A DNA stretch of 64,000 nt from Clostridia bacterium. Lineage in GTDB: Bacteria; Bacillota; Clostridia; Oscillospirales; CAG-272. Shown here piece by piece: positions 9,368-17,633 of this stretch (positions are counted from its first letter, which is position 1; each line of letters begins with the position of its first letter). The notes below the pieces were generated by a model. It saw only the letters and a list, made by a program, of their open reading frames with translations, was not told the origin of the DNA and ran no database searches. The stretch spans positions 5,444 to 69,443 of the forward strand of contig JAFQPI010000036.1 in NCBI GenBank assembly GCA_017411805.1, given 5' to 3'. Position numbers and translations under genes: made by a program.

Positions 9368-10655
9368 TACCCGTTCCGGGGAGAATGATCTGCACTCCGA
9401 ACATATCTCCTTCCTCGAAATAGTCGATCATACCCTTATGTTCCTTGACTATGCGCTCAACGATCTTGTGACCGTAGCCGTGAGATGAGCTGTCCGTCTT
9501 TGTGGACTTGAGTTCGGGATTGTATTTGAGGACGGGGCGACCGATCGTATTCTTGAAGATGATCATTCTGCTCGAATTTTCAAGCGAGAAATGGATCTCG
9601 ATACGCTTTTCCTCAAGATTGGAGATCGCCTCGATCGCGTTATCGAGAATATTACCGAAAAGGCAAGCGAGGTCGCGATCCTCTATATCGGAAAAATCAC
9701 CTATCAGTCCCGTAATAACGATCTGTGTGTTTTGCAACGGACTGAGTTTGGAATTGATTATATAGTCGATCGTCTTATTTTCTGATCGGATGACTCTTCC
9801 CATTGATTCGATCTCGGGCAACAGCTTATGAAGATAATCAAGACTTTCATCAACGCTTCCCGATTCAAGTTGCGCGTTAATTACAGAGAGATGATGCTTC
9901 ATATCGTGCTGAATGCGGCGGACATTCTGCCAAACGGACGTTGTTTCCTCGTGGCGTGCGCTGTCAAAAGCCGTCTTTTCCTCAAGGAGCTTCAATTCAT
10001 ATTCCCGCCTTTGCAGCCTTTGTATCTGTGCGAGCATAAAATAGAGAATGACGTTTACCAAGAGGAATGAGACGATCAGGATCGCGATCTGCGCGCCGAG
10101 CGTGCTCGCCATATCCGAGGTTGCGATCACCATCGTTGCTCCCAGACCAAGGATAGAAATCATTGAGATCGTAAAGGTAAGAATCGTATTGAGCCTGCCA
10201 AGCTTACCGTCCACGTTTACAAACGCAAGTATAACGCGCAGAAGCGTAAAGAGAACTACTTTATGAAGGATCACGTAAATATAACGAACGATTGTATCGT
10301 TTCCCATAAGGTGCGATTCAAAATCCTGCGTTATCATGGAGATCGTGATAAAAAGTATACTGCTTACGGCAATAAGAGAAAGCCAAAACAGGCAGGAGGC
10401 AAGGATCTGCCTGAACGTGATTCCGTAATTTGCGGCAACGGTATAGAGGATCGTAACAACCGTCAAAAGTACCGCGCTGAGGGTACTGAAGGAAGCGAGG
10501 TAATGATCGCCGAAAACCGTCACGCAAAACAGGAGAATTACTGCCGCGATCTGATACATTCTTTTGTTTTGCAGTTTACAGAATTTAGTTACAAACCAGA
10601 TGGCGAGGATAGAGTCAAAGAGTGTGGCGCAGACCTCAAAAATCTCGCGGGTCAT
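9357..10655 (-). CDS. membrane sensor histidine kinase, AgrC/LytS-like GHKL type (partner of a LytTR regulator)
   Basis: 432 aa. About 6 TM helices at the N-terminus, H-box RIQHDMKHHL, N-box GNILDNAIEA, and an HGYGHKIV G-box-like region. There is a 4-bp overlap with the upstream response regulator gene. Confidence 0.85.
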   Translation of the reverse strand: MTREIFEVCATLFDSILAIWFVTKFCKLQNKRMYQIAAVILLFCVTVFGDHYLASFSTLSAVLLTVVTILYTVAANYGITFRQILASCLFWLSLIAVSSILFITISMITQDFESHLMGNDTIVRYIYVILHKVVLFTLLRVILAFVNVDGKLGRLNTILTFTISMISILGLGATMVIATSDMASTLGAQIAILIVSFLLVNVILYFMLAQIQRLQRREYELKLLEEKTAFDSARHEETTSVWQNVRRIQHDMKHHLSVINAQLESGSVDESLDYLHKLLPEIESMGRVIRSENKTIDYIINSKLSPLQNTQIVITGLIGDFSDIEDRDLACLFGNILDNAIEAISNLEEKRIEIHFSLENSSRMIIFKNTIGRPVLKYNPELKSTKTDSSSHGYGHKIVERIVKEHKGMIDYFEEGDMFGVQIILPGTGKKR

Positions 10656-11386
10656 CTTGAATACCTCCTGCGTATATACTGCATATAGGCATCCTTAAAC
10701 TCCTTTCGGCGCGGCTGAGCCACGCTGATAGTTGTACCGTCGCGCATAATAACACGCGCACCTTCATCGACCTCCGCGACGTGTTCAATATTGATTATGT
10801 ATGCGGAATGGACCTTGAAGAAGCGTTTATCGGTACAAATACTCTCAAGTGCCTTGATAGTACCGCGGCATTTATACGTTACACCGCTATCGCAACAGAT
10901 GTTATAATAGTTTTTGTTATTCTCGAAATATAGTATTTCGCTCGGTCGGAGTGTAATGTAGCCAGAGGTAGAGTTAAAGGACAACCCCTGCGTTTCGCTG
11001 ACGCACTTCTCTATCGCTTTTTCGAGTGCCGACGGCAATTCCTCCTTAAGATGAAGCTTTCGAAGGAAACGGAAGGGACTGTAGGTGAATGAATTGTAGA
11101 CAAAATTATCGTATGCGGAAACGAATATTATAATGGTCTTCGGGTACTTCTCGGCAATAATTCCCGCAAGCTCAAAACCGCTCATTCCGGGCATATCGAT
11201 GTCGAGAAATATCATGTCTATGGTATTCGATTCGAGGAAGGAAAGAACAAGTTGCGCAGAGGTAAATATGGGTCCGACCCGGCAATCAAGATCGTCATCC
11301 GCATAGCGTGCGCAAAGCTCGCTGAGGTTATCCGACAGCGTGGCGGCGAAGGATGGATCGTCGTCACAAACAGCAATTCTGATCAT
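10652..11386 (-). CDS. LytR/AlgR-family response regulator (REC + LytTR DNA-binding domain)
   Basis: 244 aa. The receiver has CDDD and FLDIDMPGMSGFE. The C-terminal LytTR region has FFKVHSAYIINIEHV. Confidence 0.9.
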   Translation of the reverse strand: MIRIAVCDDDPSFAATLSDNLSELCARYADDDLDCRVGPIFTSAQLVLSFLESNTIDMIFLDIDMPGMSGFELAGIIAEKYPKTIIIFVSAYDNFVYNSFTYSPFRFLRKLHLKEELPSALEKAIEKCVSETQGLSFNSTSGYITLRPSEILYFENNKNYYNICCDSGVTYKCRGTIKALESICTDKRFFKVHSAYIINIEHVAEVDEGARVIMRDGTTISVAQPRRKEFKDAYMQYIRRRYSR

Positions 11387-11413
11387 GTCATTTCTCCTTT
11401 TTCTGTTGACATT

Positions 11414-11442
11414 AGTATATCATATAATTTGCCGAAAGTAAA
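11414..11442 (-). promoter_or_regulatory. proximal promoter-like element for the RR-HK operon (TTTACT-17-TGaTATACT)
   Basis: Reverse strand, inside the first copy of a 15-nt direct repeat TATATCATATAATTT (11416-11430, 11463-11477). Confidence 0.4.
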
Positions 11443-11460
11443 GAATTATTTTTCGATAAT

Positions 11461-11489
11461 ATTATATCATATAATTTACGTACGTGCGG
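11461..11489 (-). promoter_or_regulatory. distal promoter for the RR-HK operon (poor -35 CCGCAC, 17-nt spacer, extended -10 TGaTATAAT)
   Basis: Reverse strand. The -35 position is 4 nt from LytTR-type repeat pair A. Confidence 0.5.
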
Positions 11490-11493
11490 ATTT

Positions 11494-11523
11494 TGGGATA
11501 AAAAGATGATTTTCTGGGATAAA
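11494..11523 (-). promoter_or_regulatory. LytTR-type operator pair A: TGGGATAAA-N12-TGGGATAAA
   Basis: Perfect 9-bp direct repeats at 11494-11502 and 11515-11523, separated by 12 bp (AAGATGATTTTC). Confidence 0.55.
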
Positions 11524-11540
11524 TCATAGAAAAACAACAA

Positions 11541-11570
11541 TTTATCCCTAAAATCATACGTTTTATCCCA
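11541..11570 (+). promoter_or_regulatory. LytTR-type operator pair B (inverted copy of pair A): TTTATCCCT-N12-TTTATCCCA
   Basis: 9-bp repeats at 11541-11549 and 11562-11570 with a 12-bp spacer. The reverse complement reads TGGGATAAA-ACGTATGATTTT-AGGGATAAA. The pair ends 4 nt before the -35 of the + promoter. Confidence 0.55.
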
Positions 11571-11574
11571 CTTT

Positions 11575-11603
11575 TTGCATTTTTGAAATTTTTGTGGTAT
11601 AAT
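11575..11603 (+). promoter_or_regulatory. promoter of the 227-aa gene (TTGCAT-17-TGgTATAAT)
   Basis: -35 at 11575-11580 and -10 at 11598-11603. The sequence is nearly identical to the rpmB promoter core (TTGCATTTTT..TTTTGTGGTATAATAT). Confidence 0.6.
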
Positions 11604-11641
11604 ATAAATGCGTCAGAGAAAAGACTCGAAAGGAGAACATC

Positions 11642-12325
11642 ATGTTAAAAACAGACGCAGCAAACTATGAACTGTGGCAGGCAGTATATAATTGGATAGT
11701 ATTTCTCGGACAGATGGTTTTGATTGTCATCGGACTTGTGCTTTTATATTATCTGTACAGATATCTCAGAGCTTTAAGAAAGAGATTGAGAGCAGTAAAG
11801 CAGCTCAAGGCATCGGCAAAAAAAGCCGGATTCAGATGTGTGAAGACAAGCGCGAGTCACATAAACTTTGATGCTCATAATATGGAGACTTGTTTTGTGC
11901 TGACTAAAGGGCTCACGCAGTATAACGTGAGATTTCTTGCGACTATCGGGAAGAACCGCATTCTGCGTTTTCTTTCGCCCGATTCTTACGTAAGCGAGAA
12001 GAATTTCGGATACATTATATTGAACACGAGAAGCGTGATAAGCATAATGATGGCAAAGATGTTCAAGCCTAAAAACATTCCCGGAAATCTGCTCAAATGG
12101 GTGCACACGGAGAACGTTACGTTTCCGAGTAACACGATCCACACAAAAGGCGTTGAAGTCCTGCAGGAGGGCAACGTACACGAGATAGTTATTCTCAATC
12201 CCGTGCCGCTGAAGGTATTCTTGCTTGATAAGACCACCTGGAAGCAAGTCATCGGCGGCGAGACCTGGCAAAAGCTCAGCTTTCACGATATTTCAAGCTT
12301 TTGCTCGATGATCGAAAGATCTTGA
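11642..12325 (+). CDS. hypothetical single-pass membrane protein
   Basis: 227 aa. AAGGAGAA RBS, one N-terminal TM (NWIVFLGQMVLIVIGLVLLYYLY), a basic juxtamembrane stretch, and a domain of about 160 aa with no motif I recognise. Confidence 0.6.
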   Translation: MLKTDAANYELWQAVYNWIVFLGQMVLIVIGLVLLYYLYRYLRALRKRLRAVKQLKASAKKAGFRCVKTSASHINFDAHNMETCFVLTKGLTQYNVRFLATIGKNRILRFLSPDSYVSEKNFGYIILNTRSVISIMMAKMFKPKNIPGNLLKWVHTENVTFPSNTIHTKGVEVLQEGNVHEIVILNPVPLKVFLLDKTTWKQVIGGETWQKLSFHDISSFCSMIERS

Positions 12326-12422
12326 TTTTGAAACTTGCGCATGAGTTTCCCCGTGGCATTCGGGTTCATAATTGGGAGTGAACCGACATACATCCTTTCA
12401 GCGAATGCCATGCGGGAAGCCG

Positions 12423-12458
12423 AAACCGACCGAGCGTCATAAACGATCGGTCGGTTTT
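12423..12458. terminator. hairpin terminator between convergent genes
   Basis: AAACCGACCGA (12423-12433) pairs with TCGGTCGGTTT (12447-12457), then T. An A-tract precedes it on the other strand. Confidence 0.55.
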
Positions 12459-12460
12459 AA

Positions 12461-12510
12461 GTTATAAGTAATAGTGAAGAAGTAAGAAGTGAGAAAGATT
12501 TTAGCTGAAG
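12461..12510 (+). repeat. purine-rich interspersed repeat unit, single copy (related to both arms of the element at 36468-36606)
   Basis: ATAAGTAATAGTGAAGAAG (12464-12482) is identical to 36473-36491. GTAAGAAGTGAG..GATTTTA..CTGAAG matches the reverse complement of 36551-36580. Confidence 0.6.
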
Positions 12511-12521
12511 CGAAAATCAAA

Positions 12522-13046
12522 TTACTTTTTTATAATCCTTCCTTCTCTTCTCGGTTTGGGAGCAGGATAATCGCAATCGCGGTAGCCAAGGATGCAATGG
12601 CCGATGCCGATATAGTTATCTCCAAGTCCCCATTTTGCCTTGAGTGCCCGTCCTTCCTCGGTCTCGAAAACCTCGCGGGCGCGGTGGATCCAGCAGGAGT
12701 CAACTCCAAGGCTATATGCGGCGAGCATCATATTGCCGATGACGAGGCTGCCGTCCTCGACGTATGTGAATCTTTCGCTATCGGAAAGCACTGCAACGAC
12801 TACGGGCGCACCGTAAAAGGGGTCAGCATCGGGATTTCCGAGGATCTCGGCATTGAGTCGGCGAAGAGTCTCACGTGTCTCGGGGTCGGTCACGGCTACC
12901 ATAACGGGTGCCTGCCAAGCCTTGCCGTTTGCCGCCCAGGAGCCTGCCTTGAGTATTTCATCAAGGAGCTCTGCGGGGACTGGCTTATCAGTGTATTTCT
13001 TTACGCTTCTTCTGTCATATATTGCTCTCAAAACTTCGTTAGTCAT
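12522..13046 (-). CDS. nitroreductase-family oxidoreductase
   Basis: 174 aa. RRSVKKYTDKPVP... matches the nitroreductase N-terminal signature. Confidence 0.85.
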   Translation of the reverse strand: MTNEVLRAIYDRRSVKKYTDKPVPAELLDEILKAGSWAANGKAWQAPVMVAVTDPETRETLRRLNAEILGNPDADPFYGAPVVVAVLSDSERFTYVEDGSLVIGNMMLAAYSLGVDSCWIHRAREVFETEEGRALKAKWGLGDNYIGIGHCILGYRDCDYPAPKPRREGRIIKK

Positions 13047-13106
13047 TATTTAATCCTCCTTTTTCTTTATTGTACCATATTTTTGCCGCCGATGCAAGAG
13101 TTTTTC

Positions 13107-13135
13107 TTGACAAGTTTTGCTATAGGTGATATAAT
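13107..13135 (+). promoter_or_regulatory. sigma-A-type promoter (TTGACA-17-TGaTATAAT)
   Basis: -35 at 13107-13112 and -10 at 13130-13135. Confidence 0.65.
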
Positions 13136-13153
13136 TGACGCAGAGGTGATAAC

Positions 13154-13978
13154 ATGAGAAAGGCAATTTTTATCGGCAATTCGTTTATTTATTACGGCGG
13201 TTGCGTTTACACGGGCAAAACATGGAAGCTTGATGAGACCGATTCGATCAACTATGAAAAAAGAAGCGACGACCGCGCATACTTCTATCAGATCTGCAAG
13301 CAGTACGGAATTGACGTGAGCGTGACCGATGCGACACACGGAGGCCGTATTCTAGCTAATTTTACGCCCGCGGGTGACGGCGAGGAATATCCGACGGCGG
13401 GGATCGATCTGCTCGGCGGTTATGATCTCGGCTCTTACACAGACGTTTTCATATCCGAGGCCGGGCGAAATAACGCGAATTTCATCCGCGATATCGAGGC
13501 GGTTATGAGCCGCTTTTCGCCTAATGCGAATTTCTATTATCTGATACATAACTATACCGTTTCGCAGAAGCACGATGAGATCTACAAGGCTCTTCCCTAT
13601 CTGCGAAACAGGGGCGTTAAGATCATTCCCTGGGGTGAGCTTGTTTATGACATATGGATCGGTGACGCGGAGATCGTCGATGCCGAATGCAAGTACAACA
13701 AGAATTCCTTTATCGTCAAGCAAAGCGCGCGTGACGGTTTCCACGAGAATCCACTATGCGGTTACATAACGGCGCAGATGTGCTTTACCGCAATGACGGG
13801 TATCGGCGCGGCTGATACTGATCTGTCATTCTGCTCAGAAGTCATTGATTTTGACAAATACGTTGCCGATCATTACGGATTTGAGGACTCGACTACGAAT
13901 TTCCCCGAAATTCTCAAAAGCCGTGATATTGAACAGATTAAGAAATACTGCGACGAATATCTTAAAAAGTTTAACTAA
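13154..13978 (+). CDS. hypothetical protein, SGNH/GDSL-hydrolase-like
   Basis: 274 aa. Block-I-like FIGNSF, block-III-like EAGRNN, block-V-like DGFHEN (DxxH). The assignment is tentative. Confidence 0.5.
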   Translation: MRKAIFIGNSFIYYGGCVYTGKTWKLDETDSINYEKRSDDRAYFYQICKQYGIDVSVTDATHGGRILANFTPAGDGEEYPTAGIDLLGGYDLGSYTDVFISEAGRNNANFIRDIEAVMSRFSPNANFYYLIHNYTVSQKHDEIYKALPYLRNRGVKIIPWGELVYDIWIGDAEIVDAECKYNKNSFIVKQSARDGFHENPLCGYITAQMCFTAMTGIGAADTDLSFCSEVIDFDKYVADHYGFEDSTTNFPEILKSRDIEQIKKYCDEYLKKFN

Positions 13979-13982
13979 AAAA

Positions 13983-14017
13983 GCAAAGCTGTTGCGAGGC
14001 AACATCTTTGCTTTTTT
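13983..14017. terminator. bidirectional rho-independent terminator
   Basis: GCAAAG-C-TGTTGC-GAG-GCAACA-T-CTTTGC, flanked by AAAAA upstream and TTTTTT downstream. Confidence 0.8.
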
Positions 14018-14048
14018 ATTATGATCGGCTTTGGGATTCGTCAAAAGC

Positions 14049-15650
14049 TTATGAAAGGCTGTCCTTTGAGAAGGAATAAGGCAAAAGCGCGGAAAGCGGA
14101 TAGATATAAGGCTCTCGGGCATTTCCTGTTACAACAAGAAGATCGCCGTCCGGGCTGAACTCCGCCATAAACTGACGGCATGTACCGCAAGGGAGACATT
14201 CCTCGATCGTATCATGTTTTCCACCGCTGATCGCGATTGCCGTGAATTCACGTTCACCCGCGGCAATTGCCGTTGTCATAGCATTACGTTCTGCGCAGAT
14301 CGTTCCGCCGTAAGCTGCGTTTTCCACGTTGCATCCAAGGAAAATATTCCCCGACTTACAAAGCAGCGCTGCACCGACTTTAAAGTCCGAATATGGCGCA
14401 TACGCATTCTCGCGCGATTTTTCAGCGAGTGTGAGGAGTTCTGCCACGGACGGTTCAGAACCCTCGCAAACAAGTCCGGCAACCCCGGGAGCTTTGTAGA
14501 AGGTCTCAGAGCCAAGCAAGGCACATACAGTCGCCGCCACGGTGTCAAATCCGTCGATAGTGCCGAGATCTATCGGAGCAATATGCTTGCCCGTAATGAT
14601 CATCGGAACGTATTCACGCGTGTGATCCGTTGTCTTGGTGTATGCAGGGTCACATCCGTGATCCGCGGTTATGATGAGGACGTCATCATCACGCATCTGC
14701 GGGAGAAAATCCCCAAGCCAAGCATCGAACTCTGAAATTGCGGCGGCATAACCGTCGATATCTCTGCGGTGTCCGAATTTCGAATCAAAATCAACGAGAT
14801 TGGTATAGCAAAGTCCGCGGAAGTCTCGCCCCGCGATCTCGATCGTTTTCTTCATTCCGTCGGCGTTACTTTCGCTGTAGGCGTAATCGGTAAGTCCTCT
14901 GCCTGCGAAAATATCGTGAATTTTTCCGACACCGATAACGTCGAAACCCTCTGCTTTAAGCGAGTCAAGCATTGTATCCTCCGTGGGCTCGAGTGAAAAA
15001 TCGTGGCGTCTGGAGGTGCGGGTAAAATTCGGTGCGTCGCCCTCAAAAGGACGCGCTATAACTCTGCCGACGGCGTGATCACCGACGAGGATACTTCTCG
15101 CTATCCTACAGTATTCATAAAGCTGTTCCGGGGGAACAAGAGACTCGTGAGCCGCGATCTGAAATACGCTGTCCGAGGAAGTATATACGATAAGGTCACC
15201 CGTTCTCATATGCTCCTCACCGAAATCGGTAAGCGCCTGAGTGCCCGAGTACGGAAGATTGCAGAGCACGCCTCTGCCCGTTGCCTTCTTGAATTCATCG
15301 ATGACCTCATCCGGAAATCCGTTCGGATAAGTCGGAAGCGGCTTTTCGGATATGATTCCCGCCATTTCCCAATGTCCGATCGTGGTATCCTTGCCGTTTG
15401 AAAGCTCGCAGAGTCTTGCAACCGCGGCATTCATTTCAATTTTGGTTCCCTCGGGGGCTTTTTCTTTTTGTCCGTCAATAGCAAACAGTCCAAGCTTAGA
15501 AAGATTCGGCGCGTTGAAGGCTCTCGATTTAACGATCGAGCCGAGAGTGTCGGAACCGCCGTCACCGAAAGCCTCTGCATCGGGAGCAGAACCTATGCCA
15601 AAGCTATCAAGGACAACTACAAATACGCGATTGATATTATTCTCTTTCAT
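14049..15650 (-). CDS. deoB: bifunctional fusion: phosphopentomutase (DeoB, about aa 1-395) plus cytidine deaminase (Cdd, about aa 405-533)
   Basis: The N-terminus VVLDSFGIGSAPDAEAFGDGGSDTLG is DeoB-typical. The C-terminus has YAPYSDFKVGAAL, CAERNA (zinc His/Cys-Ala-Glu motif) and LPCGTCRQFMAEF (PCxxC). A single uninterrupted 533-codon frame. Confidence 0.9.
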   Translation of the reverse strand: MKENNINRVFVVVLDSFGIGSAPDAEAFGDGGSDTLGSIVKSRAFNAPNLSKLGLFAIDGQKEKAPEGTKIEMNAAVARLCELSNGKDTTIGHWEMAGIISEKPLPTYPNGFPDEVIDEFKKATGRGVLCNLPYSGTQALTDFGEEHMRTGDLIVYTSSDSVFQIAAHESLVPPEQLYEYCRIARSILVGDHAVGRVIARPFEGDAPNFTRTSRRHDFSLEPTEDTMLDSLKAEGFDVIGVGKIHDIFAGRGLTDYAYSESNADGMKKTIEIAGRDFRGLCYTNLVDFDSKFGHRRDIDGYAAAISEFDAWLGDFLPQMRDDDVLIITADHGCDPAYTKTTDHTREYVPMIITGKHIAPIDLGTIDGFDTVAATVCALLGSETFYKAPGVAGLVCEGSEPSVAELLTLAEKSRENAYAPYSDFKVGAALLCKSGNIFLGCNVENAAYGGTICAERNAMTTAIAAGEREFTAIAISGGKHDTIEECLPCGTCRQFMAEFSPDGDLLVVTGNAREPYIYPLSALLPYSFSKDSLS

Positions 15651-15659
15651 TCAGTTTCC

Positions 15660-16385
15660 TCAATTCATTGCGACAGCAATCTCGAGAGCGACCTCCATCA
15701 TCTGAGTAAAGGAGTTCTGTCTCTCCTCGGCTGTTGTAAGCTCGCCGGTAAGAAGGTGGTCGGAGATGGTACAGATAGCAAGCGCGTTTTTGCCTGCTCT
15801 TGCGGCGTTCATATAAAGTGCCGCGGCTTCCATTTCGACCGCGAGACATCCAAGCTTCGCCCATTTAGCGGACGCGGTGGAATCGTCACAATAGAAAGTA
15901 TCAGACGAATAGAGATTGCCAACGTGATATCTTGCCCCCTTTGCCTCACAAGCCTTTACAGCCTCGCGAAGAAGCTCATAGCTCGAAATCGCAGAAAAAC
16001 TGCCGGGTATGCAATACTGGGAAGCAAAATTCGAGTTTGTGCATGCACCCTGACCGATTACGATATCACGGACACGGAGCTTTTCCTGCATTGCACCCGC
16101 AGAGCCGACGCGGATAATGTTCTCTACACCAAAGAAATTATAAAGCTCATAGCTATAGATGCCGATAGAAGGCATGCCCATACCGGATGCCATCACCGAA
16201 ACGGGAACGCCTTTATAAGTTCCGGTATATCCGTGTACGCCGCGGACGTTGTTTACGAGACGAGCGTTCTCAAGGAAGTTTTCAGCAATAAACTTAGATC
16301 GAAGCGGATCGCCCGGCATAAGGACTGTTTTGGCAAAGTCCTCGGGAGTTGCGTTAATATGTGGGGTGGGATAAGGTTTATTCAT
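15660..16385 (-). CDS. deoD: purine nucleoside phosphorylase, DeoD type
   Basis: 241 aa. TPHINA...[31 protein letters not shown]. Confidence 0.95.
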   Translation of the reverse strand: MNKPYPTPHINATPEDFAKTVLMPGDPLRSKFIAENFLENARLVNNVRGVHGYTGTYKGVPVSVMASGMGMPSIGIYSYELYNFFGVENIIRVGSAGAMQEKLRVRDIVIGQGACTNSNFASQYCIPGSFSAISSYELLREAVKACEAKGARYHVGNLYSSDTFYCDDSTASAKWAKLGCLAVEMEAAALYMNAARAGKNALAICTISDHLLTGELTTAEERQNSFTQMMEVALEIAVAMN

Positions 16386-16386
16386 T

Positions 16387-16614
16387 TCAGTATTCCTCCA
16401 ATTTCAGGGTATTTATGTATTCATAATTATTAATTCCGACCGTGTTTTCCGGTGAGTTAGGAGCGGTAGTTACAGCAGGTTCTGTAGCTGGAAGCTCGAA
16501 GGAGGGCAAGAATATTCCGTTTCTCTCAAAAAGCAATACCACAACGATCAGCGTAAGGATCGACAGAATCAACAGCGCCGCAAGCGGTATTCCGATTTTT
16601 CTTAAAAGATACAT
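16387..16614 (-). CDS. small hypothetical membrane protein
   Basis: 75 aa with one TM ([21 protein letters not shown]). Its stop is 1 nt before the deoD start. Confidence 0.45.
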   Translation of the reverse strand: MYLLRKIGIPLAALLILSILTLIVVVLLFERNGIFLPSFELPATEPAVTTAPNSPENTVGINNYEYINTLKLEEY

Positions 16615-16790
16615 TCGTTTTCTCCTAATTGATTATTCATACATAAATAGTATATCACACTGTTTCGTTTTTTTCAAGTTTTTTCGAAAAAATTCAAAAA
16701 AATCGTTTGAACCTCTATTTGCGCACGCTTCGACAGCATTCACGCATTTAAAATGATAAAATAAAATCAAAAAACGAAAGGAAAAAACAA

Positions 16791-17126
16791 ATGATTAAAA
16801 GCAATTGCCGATACCGCTTTACTGCGACTCCGGAAGGACTTGTCGTAAGCGTTTCGGGTGAAATTGATCATCATTCGGCCTCCGGCATGAGACGAGAGGT
16901 TGACAACATAATCTGGAATCGTACGCCGACACATCTTATTCTCGATATGTCCGAGGTTGAGTTTATGGACAGTTCCGGACTTGGCTTCATCATGGGCAGA
17001 TACGCTTTGATGCGTGAGATAGGCGGCTCCCTCTCTCTGAGGAATCCCTCTCCCGTTGTCATGAAGATGCTTACAATGACGGGCTTTGACAAAAAAGTCC
17101 GCATCATTAACACCGTATTCAATTAA
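16791..17126 (+). CDS. spoIIAA: anti-sigma-F factor antagonist SpoIIAA (STAS domain)
   Basis: 111 aa. STAS fold with the phosphorylatable-Ser context MDSSGLG, and first position in a spoIIA-type operon. Confidence 0.9.
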   Translation: MIKSNCRYRFTATPEGLVVSVSGEIDHHSASGMRREVDNIIWNRTPTHLILDMSEVEFMDSSGLGFIMGRYALMREIGGSLSLRNPSPVVMKMLTMTGFDKKVRIINTVFN

Positions 17127-17140
17127 AAAGGAGTTAAAAA

Positions 17141-17617
17141 ATGAAAGACAAAAAACACGGAGGCAGACCAAGACTTTCTCCAATCTGCAACGAAATGAAG
17201 CTTGACTTCCCTTCTCATTCCAAAAACGAATCCTTTGCACGCGCCGCGGCAGGAGCCTTTATTGCTTCGCTTGACCCAACGGCATCAGAGCTTTCGGATA
17301 TCAAATGCGCTCTGTCTGAGGCAGTAACAAACTGTACAGTACACGCCTATCCCGATAAAATCGGGACTATCAGACTCGAAATTAAACTGCGCGAAGATGG
17401 GACAGTAATACTGACCGTAAAGGACAAGGGCGTGGGTATTTCCGACATAGCCAAGGCACGTGAGCCCCTCTTTACAACCGATGCTGCCGGCGAAAGAAGC
17501 GGAATGGGATTTACGGTAATGGAAGGTTTTTCGGACTCTATAAAGATCTCCTCAAAGCCCGGCAAGGGAACGACCGTTACGCTTACGCGGAAACTATCGG
17601 GAAAGCGCACCTCTTGA
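17141..17617 (+). CDS. spoIIAB: anti-sigma-F factor SpoIIAB (serine kinase)
   Basis: 158 aa. HATPase_c motifs LSEAVTNCTVHAY and DKGVGI..GMGFT. Confidence 0.9.
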   Translation: MKDKKHGGRPRLSPICNEMKLDFPSHSKNESFARAAAGAFIASLDPTASELSDIKCALSEAVTNCTVHAYPDKIGTIRLEIKLREDGTVILTVKDKGVGISDIAKAREPLFTTDAAGERSGMGFTVMEGFSDSIKISSKPGKGTTVTLTRKLSGKRTS

Positions 17618-17633
17618 TTACATATCAAACATT

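Noticed and set aside
9357-11386. agr-type quorum-sensing locus
   Set aside because: An AgrC-like kinase and a LytTR regulator are present, but no agrB or agrD-like peptide gene, and no peptide exporter, lies in or next to the operon.
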